From Kudoa neothunni (Eukaryota; Animalia; Cnidaria), in NCBI GenBank assembly GCA_964304625.1, contig OZ199839.1, forward strand, positions 4,653,376 to 4,717,375: a stretch of DNA of 64,000 bases, written 5' to 3'. Positions 38,608 through 50,206 of the stretch are shown piece after piece. The notes below the pieces were generated by a model. The model saw only the letters and a list, made by a program, of their open reading frames with translations. It was not told where the DNA came from and searched no databases. Position numbers and translations under genes: made by a program. Each line of letters starts with the position of its first letter. The stretch's first letter is position 1.

Positions 38608-40134
38608 GACGAATTTTCGTTTCTGCATGCGCGAGAGAATAGAACACAAATATCATCAAAAATGCATAACCAAGAACCAAATAATAAGATCTATAATGAA
38701 ATTGAAACTATCAAAATTAACCCAACTTCCAATTATAAGTTTTTGATATCGCTTCTAAGTAAAATGTACCATAATACTGATCATATTTTTGGCAGATACA
38801 TCTTAAATTTTCTAATTTTAATCGAGTCTTCTTCTCTGAGGATTGGGAAATAGGATTACACATCTGGTACATTGTATCTTGCTCGACGGAACTTTGATAC
38901 TCTTTTAATTTCTCTATGAATGTCACAAGATTAGAATGTGGCTGCTCGAAATGAGAACGGAAATGTCGGTTGAAATTTTCAGCTGAGTTGGGTGTAAGCT
39001 GGATACTTTCTAGTGTTCTTGAGTATGCGTTCCAACATTCTAATGGATATTTTGTGCTATTTATGAAGTTTTTTTCAAAATACTCTAAAAAGGAGTCAAA
39101 TTGAGGTTTTTGAAGTCGGAAGATTTTTTTCAATTTCTCAAATTCATCTTTAACATTATTTAATGGAACGAATGCCAAAGATGTAAAGCATTTTATAAAA
39201 AGCATAAAATCAGCATTATTTTGATATTCTTTTGATAATCCCAAGTTCTGTACTTTTCGATATACGCATTGCCCGAAATGGAACAAGAAAAAATATATAT
39301 TGGGTTTTGATGCTTTTTTAAAGGCATTAAAAGAACCAACCTCAAAGTCGAGTATTATATTTTCGGGGAATTCCATTAATTCTTGATTTTTGATAATTTG
39401 ATGGACCTTTTCGTATGTTTGCTCATATTTATTGGGCATCAAAACATATATTAGGGGGGAAAACTCTTTCAAAAATTTTACAACGAATGGCGTAAAGTTG
39501 GTAAAATTCTCTTGGTGCAACTTGAAAGGTTCCATCAGCAATCCAACAATGAGAATTTTTCAGATGGGCCAAATTATTGTTCGTTCCGAAAATAATTATT
39601 CTATTTGCGTCAGAAGATCCTGTATCGTAAATGCAAAAATTGTCGTTTTGTAATGTCGTTGGGGAACCACAAAGGTTTGTTTCAGGATTTATTTGAATAT
39701 TTCTCCTTTTCCGTATGTTTTGGATATTTTTATAAATATGGAATTTTTTCACCACAGGCAAGCCGTTGATATTTTGGCTATTAGAAGCAATATTATATAC
39801 CTTAGTGGTGCAGTAAGATGTACTCTCAGCCAATTTTCATATTTTGTCCTGAAAAAAATATCATTTTTTTATCGTCTGGTATAGTATGATTATGAAAGTT
39901 AATTTTTTCAATATTCCTAATTTCCGAAGAATCAGATCTTAATCTCCCGCGGCACATCCTATTTTGACATTTCCAATATTGATATGTATTTGTAGAATAA
40001 TCCTTCGTGCAAAAATAATCTTCGAACAACAATAAATCATTATTTCTTTTTGTTTTTAACATAGCATTTTTTTTCTCGTTGCCGCTAATTTTTTAAAAAT
40101 TTTTACGAATTAGCGCAAACGAAAATTTGTCTCC
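38608..40134 (-). mobile_element. FLYWCH-MULE transposon inside the LINE RT domain
   Basis: YWKCQNRMCRGRL, WIADGTF, IILDFEVG, LFHFGQC, YNWKL. Terminal inverted sequence gacgaattttcgttt / aaacgaaaatttgtc. Confidence 0.9.
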
Positions 40135-42163
40135 GACGAATTTTCCTCATGCCCTCCTTTCCGCTCTTCCGCGCTTCAAAGGTAATCTCTTGGTCGAATC
40201 GTAGGCAGTCCACCGTGCCTCGCCCGGGTCTCACTGCCCTCTACTTCGTTGGCAACCATATCCTGTTCACACACTTTTGGATTTACCTTGCCAATACCGA
40301 CGTGGTCGTCTTATATATTATATTTAGGCACGTTATCGGTCTATAGTTGACCGGGTCTTTTTGGTCCCCACTATTAAATATTAAAACAGTTCTGCCATGG
40401 ACCATTCCCGGTTCGATGCCTATTTCACCATCTAGAATCCTCCTAGTGAGATCGTGAAGTAGCTTTCTAGCTCTGGGGAACATACGGAACCAGTGGAATT
40501 GTATACCATCTGGGCCGGCAGCCTTCCTAGGCTTCATTCTCTTACAGCAAATCTCAAACAAGGAGTCGAAGCTTTCATCAAGGCTATCTAGGTCTGTCGT
40601 ATCAGACCCCTCGACTACTTCTTCGAGGTATTTCTTTATTCCGACGGGGCACTGTGGTTTTTCATTCGATATGTCGAAAACCTCGATTATCTGTTTCCAG
40701 AAGTTTGTGGCTTTCTCTACATCTAAGTCCACATTGAGCGCGCTATGGCTGGATTCTAATATTGAAGTCAATCCCAGGGAGTCAAAGGATCTTATACACT
40801 CCTTTCTCGACAGTTCATGTTTCAGCTGAGCTAGTAACTTAATGCAGACACCCACTTCGTTAGCTGCACTCAACCTAAATTTCAAAAGTTTTTCATTCGA
40901 GCGTCCGTTTGCCATACTAAACACTTTCCTGATCCACTTTCTATTGTAAAGTTCTGTCGTCTATTTGACCCCCATCATGTCTCCAACTTAGTAATCGGTC
41001 TATTTTAGCGATCTGGCGTCTACTACCGGCAATTTTATTTTCCAATTTTTCCTTCCTGATGTGGAGGGTTGGGCGGTGTTGTCACCATCCGTCCTGTCGC
41101 CCCTATTCCTTTCTATCTCCTTGGAACCTAATCCTTGGAGTCTCATTGCTTCGGTGTAGACAGCCGTTGACAGTGATTTGTACGTTAGGTCGTGTCCTAG
41201 TACATATTGTTCAATCAGCTTGTCAACCATGTCGATTTTAGCCGGCTCATAGTTCTTTAACCTCCGGACTTGCTTCCGAGGAAAGGTCCCCCCAACTATG
41301 GCAGCCAGCTCGCAAAATTCCCTCTGCTCCTGCACATAACTCACGCCACCTACATCTGCCTCCTCCGCAGTTTCTGCATCGCATCTCTCATCCGCGATCG
41401 TTTGGCTATTGGGACTCGATCGATGCTCCATTCTCTTCATTTATCTGATGGTGGGTAGGGATGCCGTCAATCTACCGCCTGCTCGGTGGGATCTATTTTG
41501 GTGAGGAGAGCCTTGGACAGCGGTGTCACAAAGTAGTGTCTGTGTTTGTCTTAAGGCTCGGAATTTGCTGTTCAGGTATTTGCCACTCACGCCGTGGTTA
41601 GGGAAGATTTCTCTGCATCTGGCCTCGAGTCTGTTAGCAAGACCCCTTTGGTCTGGGTCCAGATTCATACCTGCCTCTAACAACAAATTTTTCATGTTTA
41701 GATTCCATGCACGGCGGAATTTACCTCGCTCTCTCTTTATGTTCTGCCCGTCGGCAGCTGAGGTGTTTTGGTTGGACTCTCGGGCCGATTTTTCACCACA
41801 GTTAACCAGGCCTTTAGCCTCTGAGGGTAGATGCATTTCAGAGATCTCATCATCAGCGATATTTTTAGTCGTTCCTAGAGTTCTTCTCCGCAAGCTCACC
41901 CCACCCAATACTCCGGCTCTCGTACTGGAGAGTTCTCCCCGAGAGAAAGAGGCTGTGCATCAGTTACAGCCCATCCAGGGACGCTTTCCACGCATTTCGG
42001 TCGGACCGTCTCGCACACTCTTAGGGAAAGGGGCCCTCCATCACTGGAAGGTTTAACCTGACCCATCACGGATGGTAGCCTAGCAGTACCGGCCCCACCT
42101 GGACATGACGACCCGCCCTTATCTTTAATTTTTCTTCGGCGACCTGTGTTGGTAACTTTATTA

Positions 42164-42260
42164 GTTTTACAGGACAGGGGCGTTAACCCTGACCAAACCC
42201 TCATCTCTTTGTATCCGGGCTTGGGACCGGTATAGGCAGACTTACGTAGCCTTTACCTCC
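42164..42260 (-). promoter_or_regulatory. Candidate structured 5'-UTR motif of the LINE
   Basis: Minus strand reads ccggtcccaagcccggatacaaagagatgagggtttggtcagggttaacgcccctgtcctgtaaaac: two stems (ccgg/ccgg and caggg/ccctg) plus possible aagccc/gggttt pairing. Confidence 0.5.
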
Positions 42261-42496
42261 GAATCTTTGCCCTTCTTCGTAATAAGAGTGACACAAGCCG
42301 CGAATTTTTTTATACCAGGCGGAAGCAGTGGGCCAACTTGCGCTAGACATTTCAGTGGATGCGCTGATATGGTGAAATCCATGGACCAATAATAAAAATT
42401 TTAAGAATTTTTTTCAATGTTAAATTTTGGGATGGATCAACTATTTCCGTCGTTTAAAAAAAGGTTCCCATTCTAGGAGAAATATTGGTTTGACAC

Positions 42497-42960
42497 CTAG
42501 ATATAATTAAATGTATTTACATGGAATATATTTGCATACTTTCCACAAATAAAAGTATAGGAATACTTCATCATATTTCTATCATATGATGTTTTTTGGG
42601 TCACTGGTCTCAAAATGTTTAGCTTGCGTTTGCTTATTGTAGACGCGTCATAATTCCAACAGTTTTTACATCTGTTGGGTGTATTTCTCAGGTAACCCTT
42701 GGATAACAAAGTGTTGAATAATTCATCATAATTATTTATTAATAAATAAAAATCATCATCTCCTTTAAAAACCAAAAACTCCATTGCCGATTGTGCGCCA
42801 TGATATAATTTCCCGCGATATATTTAGTCAAGTTAGGAAATAAACTAAAATAGTAAGGACAAGTTTAAACCATGAATGAGTCATGTTGTTTGCAAAAAAC
42901 GCCCAATTTCAATGCGTGTTGTGAACACAAGGTGGATTGCACGTGGCGACGATTTATCCC
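42497..42960 (-). mobile_element. Probable 5' fragment of a Merlin-like element
   Basis: ELFNTLLSKGYLRNTPNRCKNC resembles the Merlin N-terminal Zn-ribbon lead-in. Possible GG-starting TIR near 42960. Confidence 0.4.
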
Positions 42961-43009
42961 GAATCAAAATTTGGTCGAAATTTAGGAATTAATTTTATGA
43001 GCTGAATCT

Positions 43010-44782
43010 TTGCTCTCGATATTCTTTTTCGTTGATAAATATAATCGTGAAAAAAGTTTTGTGAAAAAAACGCGTGGAAATGGGAGATTTTCTGGAGTCA
43101 CAGGCTTTATAGTTACCGACGCCACATATAAATCATTAGATTGTAGGGCTCCAGTTTATTTTCTTGTGGTAATGGATGGAGGAGGAATGAGCGAGATTGT
43201 GGCAACAGGAATCCTCACTGGAGAAACTGGGGAAAGATTGCCATGGTTTATTAAAACAATTAAAAAGCATAAATCACTTATTGAAAACGAAACGAGATTA
43301 AAATTTTTATGACAGATAAAGACATGGTATAACGAAAAGTTTTAAAAAATATTTTTCCAAATGTTAACATTCAGTTATGTCTTTATCGTGTCTTAATAGC
43401 ATTTAATCGTGAAATCAAGGTCGAGAAAATGAACATCAATTCTAAGGAAAACGAAATTTCACTCTTTTACCTACAAAAAGTCTCATACGCCAAAAACAAT
43501 GATGAATATAATTCTATAAAAAAACAATTTAAGGATACCGTAGGAGAAAACGTTTATCGTTATTTTAAAAATAATTGACATACCATCAAAGATGAATGGG
43601 TTATTGGTTTACGGAGATACGATGGAATGTTCTTATATTTTACCAATAATAGAATTGAAAGTGTCAATTCCAAAGTAAAACAATGATTCCATTGTTTCCC
43701 TCGTTTGAAGAATTTTTCAAGAAGTTTCTGTTTTACATAAATACTTAGAGGATGATAATAAGGGTGTTCAAGAAATTTTAAAGACTCCTCAAAAATTCAT
43801 TGATCCTGATATAATCGAGTATTATAATTATTTAACCAAATACCCATTTCAAATGGTTTCAAATGAATATTCTAAGGTTCTTCTATCGCCATAAAACATC
43901 GGTGACGAAATTTTTCCAGATAGTTTTAATATGCCTTCTAATGATAAATGTGGCTGTCCCTTTAGAATCAACATGAACCTACCATGCTGTCACGTATTTA
44001 CATCTCGGAAAAAGTGTAATCTTCCATTTTTTGATGAATCTTTGTGCTCCAAGAGATGGACGAAAAATTACTTTATTGAAAATTCCAAGGTTGCAAGAAA
44101 ATATTTGCAAAAAGAATGATGTCGACTTTGGAATCGATTCGATTAATTTCAGTTCTTTATCCAAGAATGTTCAATATTCGGAACAGAAAAAATTTAATGA
44201 AGCTTCTAGGTTAATGAAAACCGTCGCTGCTAGAATCTCAGAAAGAACAGGCTCTGAATATAATTATTGGATAGATATGCTGAAACAGCTCGTGGAATGC
44301 GTTGAAAATAGTGAAAAAATTGCGATAACAAGACTTAATGATAATGACTCTATACGTGAGGTCTCAACAGCCTCAAGCAAAAACATCAATGTCTAAAAGC
44401 ATTTATCTACATAATATAATGTAATATTAATTTTGATCTTTTTATATTCATAATTACATCATTGTCCTATAAACGAAAGTCAACATGAGTAAAATGGAAT
44501 CCCTGTTTAAATATTTATTCTAATTATAGAGAAAAATCCAATAATGGTGAAAAATCATCTGAGATATCTGATGAAGATAATAAGATTTCAAGTAATACAA
44601 CAGTTAATTATATTTTTTATTCAAAATGTAGAATTAATTTTTCCTTCAAAAATTAAATACAAAGGCCGCCCTAAAGGTTCATCTACGACTGTAATTGGTA
44701 AAAAAAGATCTAAAGTTCTCACGAATTCGTTCATGAATTTAACTGAAAAGCAAAACATTCCGAGTATATTATAAATTATAAA
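43010..44782 (+). mobile_element. SWIM-domain MULE (ZSWIM1/3-like) transposase pseudogene
   Basis: DATYKSLDCRAPVY, FMTDKDM, TNNRIESVN, SWIM CGCPF...LPCCH, AT-hook-like KGRPKG. Many stops. Confidence 0.85.
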
Positions 44783-47700
44783 TAGGGACCGTATTTTTCG
44801 ACATTTATTCCATATCTTCGCGCCCGCGCAAACAAAGAAACATACAAGAATTTTTAAATTCCTAAATATGACATTAACTAGCTTGGTTTTTCGAATCTGC
44901 CATTAAAACGCAGCATTGCGAGCATTCTACATCCTTCAGTAGATACATTTGTTCTATCACGAGTGAATACGTGCTTTAATTTGGAGAAACCTCTCTCAAC
45001 TGATATGGATGATAATGGAACTGATGACAAATCTCTTGTGAGTTGTGACATCAGAGGATGCTGTGTATCATATTTCTTCCAAAATTATCTGTCCATCAAA
45101 TCATTTTTATTTAAATAAGATAATGATACGCATTCATTTTGTAACCCGTCCCTTTTATTGGCGGTGGCAAATGGCACAATATCATTTATGTTCACTTCGT
45201 TAATATTGTTTATTATAGAGAAGTTGATATTCTTCATTGAAATAAGAAAGCTACTCGATGGGAAACAACCTTCAATTTGTTTTTGAACTGTATTTATAAG
45301 TTGTTCAACCAGGCATTTGTGAAATTCTGTCATTTTTTCAATAATTTCTCCTTTTTTGTCCAAACGAAGAGAGGATAGAATATTTCTATTAATTGTTATT
45401 ACTTCATCCTGGTTTAAGTTGTAATTTGAACTCATCCAGTCGTAGAGGTATGAGATGCCGAAAGAACTGCTTGATTCGATTTCATGGGAGAAATCATATA
45501 ACAGAGAGACTCAACAATAAGTATAAAATAAATCAACATATTATCCAACGAGGCGGGAGACAGCTCGAACATTGCGGTAAACTTTGAAATAGAGTTATGT
45601 TTGGATTCTAGTAGCAATTGTTTTCTAGCTGGGAAATATTCACAGCAAGATAAAATGCAGTTATACAAGCTGTACCATCTAATATCAACAACTCGAGGAA
45701 TAACTTTCGTATATTCAATGTCATTTTTTTGTAAGAAAGAAAGTAATTGGCATTTGGCAGATCAGTTTTTAGTAATGAGGGGAGAAAATTTTATCCAAAA
45801 TCGATTTATATCTGGGAAAACCGAATCAATCGTTTTTATTATTGCACAAAAAATTAAATAAGAAAAACAGGGTATTTGGACAATATGGCTATGTATGAAT
45901 GACATACTTTTGAAATATTTCTTCATATAAGATGCAGAATCCGATACGATGGCCATGCAATTTTCCTAGCTAATTTCATGTGTGCGTAATGATTCAGATA
46001 CTTCATTTGCAATTATTATAGCATTGCATTCATTAAGAATTTTAGAATCAAGCATAATTATTCTCCATTCCTTTATTGTTGTATCAAAAAAGCATATCAA
46101 AACATTAAGCAAGGGTCTATTTTTAAAGTCAGGCGTCTCGTCAATAATATAGGAAAATCGCTGATCTTTTAGAATCGTTGTCACCGCAGTAACATTCTGT
46201 TCAAACAAAATAGGTAAATACTTATTTACAGTATTTCACGATCAAGATGCTAATTGCACGCGCATTTTCACGTTTTCTCCAGTTAAGACCATAAAAGCAT
46301 GCTGGATCAATTTGAAAATAGTAATTCTAATAAGAGAAAATACGAGATTGTTAGTGCCAAAGATAGGACTAAAATTGCTCACCATGTCGAAGTGAGCGCA
46401 AATTTTAAATGATTATTAAAATAATTAAGATTGGAAAGATAAATCGTCAAATTTCCGAGTCATTAAACATTCCCGAATCTACCGTAAGTAGAATAGTGAA
46501 GAGAGTCAATGACACCGGCTCGTTCTAAAGGTTAGCAACTGGAGGAGATCGCCGCTCATTGTTGAGCGAAGTGCACAAACAATTTTTACTTACAGAGGTG
46601 GATGATAACTGTACGCTGACATTCAATCAGTTATCAGAGAAGCTCTTTCAAAAATTTTCTATTCGCGTTTTTCGTCAAACTATTAATAGAATACTGAAAG
46701 AGTTTCGTTATACCATAAAAAAAATATCGTTGGTGCCAATAGATAGGAATTCTACTAGGACAATTTCATTACGATTCGAGTGACGAATTAACCTATATAT
46801 TTTATCAAATATTTTTTAGCTATGTAAATGAATTCATAAGATTGGAACCTAGGTATTCGGAAATATTGTATATCGATGAATCAGGGTTCTCCCTATCAAC
46901 CCGTCGTTCCCAAGGTAGATCCCATTCTGGGACGAGAGCAAATTTAAAGGTCAAATACGTCAGATCCCAAAGTATATCATTAATAGCGGCGACGAGTGCC
47001 CAAAAAATTTTGAAATTTAAAATTTACAAGGGAGGTGTGAACCAGTCTGTGTTTTCGTCATTTCTAGATCTTTTTGAAAATTTGGAGGCGAATTCTGTGA
47101 CAAAGCTATTTTGATTATGGATAACGTAGCTTTCCATAAGACTGAGAGTGTTCGAAATTTGATAGAAAGCAGTCCTCACAAGTTATTACTACTACCGCCG
47201 TACTCACCCTTCCTTAACCCAATTGAAGAAGTTTTGGGGCAACTGAAATCAATTGTTAAAAGGACGGCACCAAAAACACATGATGGGTTGGTTGAATGTA
47301 TGGAAAATGGTCCGACCCAAATAACCGAAACAACTGTCAAAGCTATGTGAGACATTCAAAATCTTACTTTTCGGCATCATCCCTGCTTAAGAACCCCATT
47401 AACAATTAGTACAAAAACTATTATTTAAATATAAAATTTGTTAGTTTACTATTTTTACATCTTGATCGTGAAATACTGTAACAATGAGCGACTGTTTGAC
47501 AAGGATCGAGACGGCCAACAATATTTTGGTAGGAAATTACGTAGCGTGTGTTCCCTGGCAAGTAATAACAATGGAAGTCCACCATTGGCAATAACGGACA
47601 CTAAATCTATCTCAAGATAATTGTTTGCCTTATCCCTATAAAATATATTTGGAAGAGAGGAAGATTTCTCTAGAGATGATTTCGTCGATGTATGTTCAGA

Positions 47701-47939
47701 AATTCTGTTTTGCCGAAGTGGAATTTTTATTTTGCAATATTTGCAGACTAACGAGTCATCCGCTTTTTCTGAAGCGCTCCATTCATTAAAGAAACCGCCG
47801 ATTTCTCTGCGTTTTCTTCCCATTTCAACAGTTCCAAAACCAACCGAGTACAGCCGAATTCCTGCCGAAAAATAAACGTCGAAACTTTCTAAAAAATTCG
47901 ACGATTAAAATCGATTTTAATCGAAAAATACAGGCCCTA
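44783..47939 (-). mobile_element. hAT transposon (second family), interrupted by a Tc1-like element
   Basis: TIRs tagggaccgtatttttcga / tcgaaaaatacaggcccta. Perfect 8-bp TSD attataaa. BED-like CKYC...H, IIDETPD, VSDSASYM, C-terminal VERGFS. Confidence 0.92.
46229..47478 (+). mobile_element. Tc1/IS630-like DD34E transposon with a 40-bp intron
   Basis: Perfect 21-bp TIR cagtatttcacgatcaagatg, TA TSD. YIDESGF, IMDNVAFH...LPPYSPFLNPIE (34 residues between D and E). Intron 46780-46819. Confidence 0.95.
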
Positions 47940-47974
47940 ATTATAAATTTTTTAAATAATAAATAGCTATGCTG

Positions 47975-49640
47975 GGTTGGTTCATCGATAAAAACATTGC
48001 GAGAAGAGCTATCAACCGATGTAATTCGCATGCGCGCGCAGATTGCGAAAAAAAAAACAACTCGTTATATTAAATGACTTTTTCGCTAATATTTTAATAA
48101 ATATAATAAAACTTCAAATTAACTTCCAGTTATATACCATCGATATAGATTCAAGGTAAAAGAGTCCATAATGTGTGTCATATTTGAGACAAATTTGTTT
48201 GATATTTTCCATCATTATCTGATGGCTTTTATCTCTAACAAAGAGTTTAGGATGGCACATACGATATTGAATATCTTGTTCTGTGTTGCTCTTTGTTTCT
48301 TCTAGTCTATCGATAAAGGTTTGCAATCCAGAATGTGATTGTTCAAATCGTTTGTGAAAATGGCAGTTAAACGACTCAGCCGAGTTTGTGGTCAAACAAA
48401 TATCATTTACAGTTCGATTAAAGGCATTCCAAGAATCTACGGGATATTTCTGAGAATTTATAAAATTCTTCTCAAAATATTGTAAAAAACCTTCGAGAGG
48501 TTGGTTCCTTTAATTTTGATATAGCCAATTCAGTTTTGACGTGTGGAATAGGAACAAACGCTAATGAAAGAAAACATTTCATCATTAATTTAAACTCGGA
48601 ATTTTGATTATATATTATAGTAAGTCCCTCCTTTTGGATTCTTCGCCAGATACACTGGCCAAAGTGGAACAAGCAAGCAAAATTGAATATTAGTTTCCTT
48701 TGATGCTTTTTAAAAGCATTATAAGACTGTATTTCAATGTCAATTATTAAAGACTTTGGAAATCGAACATCATTTTTTGTTAAAAATTCAAGAAAACTAG
48801 TGTATGATTTTTCAGTTTTAGTTTTCATAAATATGAATATCAACAGGAAGTCTTTATCAGAAATTTTACCATGGATGACATAGAGTTGCGAGAACTCGTT
48901 TGGTACAACTTTGAATGTACCGTCTGAAATCCAGATATCAGAGTTCCGTAGGTGGCATAAATTTGTTTCCGTTGAAAATACAACCAAACGGTCTTGATCG
49001 TTTGGCCCTGAATCGTATAAACAAAACTTTTCATCCCTTAACGAACGGATATCATGATCCAATAGACTTACTTCATGATTTATTTCAATTGAGTTCCGTT
49101 TACGGATGTTTAATATATTTCTATAAATATACTTTTTAGGAACTAATGGTAGATTGTTGATTGGTTCTTTGTTTGTGGCCATTGAATAAATTTTGTTGGT
49201 TGGATAACTGATTTTCTCAGCCATATCCTTTACTTTGTCATAATGGATAGCTTTTTTTATTTCATTTTCGGACACGGTATGGTTATGGTAACCAGTTTCA
49301 TTAATTTCTGGCACTTCACTGTCAAGAACGGTTCTCAATCGACCTTCACAGCCGCGCAATTGACATCTCCAATATTGAAGTTTGTCTCTAGCATAGTCCT
49401 TTGTGTAAAAATAACCATTATAGAGAAATTTATCGCTATGTTCGGATCTCTTAAGCATAATATAACTAAACCCATCAATCTGCTCACCGTTCATTTTCTT
49501 TTTGAATTAAAAATTACCGCGCGCGCCTAGTTGAACCCACGTCTGCGCATGCGCGCTGAGCTCCGACGTTTTTACTTTTCCGGCATTTTTACCCCATGCC
49601 TTTTAATTGTATCTTCTATAGTTCTTTGATAGTTTACCAT
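47975..49640 (-). mobile_element. FLYWCH-MULE transposon
   Basis: FLYNGYFY...YWRCQLRGCEGRL, WISDGTF, CLFHFGQC, TTNSAESFN, YNWKL. Ends approximate. Confidence 0.88.
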
Positions 49641-49848
49641 GCTTACGATACTGAAACCAATGGATTAAGGGGATTAAAAGGTGGAAAATGAGTCACGCAA
49701 TAGCGAGACACAAGGTTTTTCCTATTTTGTTGTATATCCGCTCGTTCAAAATAATAATTTCTTTTCATAATGATCGAATTAAGTATATCGAATATGATTT
49801 AATTGTTTAATTTTGTTAATTAAAATGTATAATGCTAATTTTTCATAA

Positions 49849-50200
49849 ATTACGCAGTATCGAGGCACGACTGTATCTTGTTATTTACAATGTGGCGATA
49901 AATTATTACCATAATATTACAAATGTTTCAATAAAAAAATTTCTTCTACATTTTTATTTATTTAAAATCAATTGGGCAACATTAAGTCCAATTTTACCTA
50001 TTGGGTTCATTGGACCCAGTTTGTGCAGTAGTGTGAATTTTTTGGACGTACGTACGAATGTTAAAAGAATGGCTGGTGCTCAAACATCTACTTTCGCGAG
50101 TCACCTCGACGAGTTCATGTGGGAGAATTGTACGCCAGTAACGAAATATCAGCCAAGAATAATATTCTCCAACAAATCTCACTAGAGCATCCTCTGTAGC
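49849..50200. mobile_element. Orphan Tigger TIR (49849-49873) plus a Merlin C-terminal fragment (plus strand)
   Basis: tacgcagtatcgaggcacgactg|ta matches the TIR ending at 55564. KRMAG...FASHLDEFMW is an ISXO2 C-terminal motif. Confidence 0.55.
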
Positions 50201-50206
50201 CTAATA

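Larger units (their letters stand above)
31101..42390 (-). mobile_element. R4/Dong-like (RLE-type) non-LTR retrotransposon in five pieces: 40135-42390, 37802-38618, 36608-36748, 34403-34587, 31101-31404
   Basis: N-terminal Myb-like RRAWNLNMKNLLL...FP domain, no APE. RT motifs KAAGPDGI, NYRPITCLNIIYK, FSKAFYTVPH, RGLLQGDALSP. Thumb motif ERMSLSNDDGGLGI is restored on removing the Merlin. AQDG and a CCHC-like CRL...ETAPHILAMC follow. The endonuclease end is cut off by the hAT. Confidence 0.88.

Noticed and set aside
42180-42395. HDV-like or hammerhead ribozyme at the LINE 5' end
   Set aside because: I could not build the nested double pseudoknot or a CUGAUGA...GAAA core by eye.
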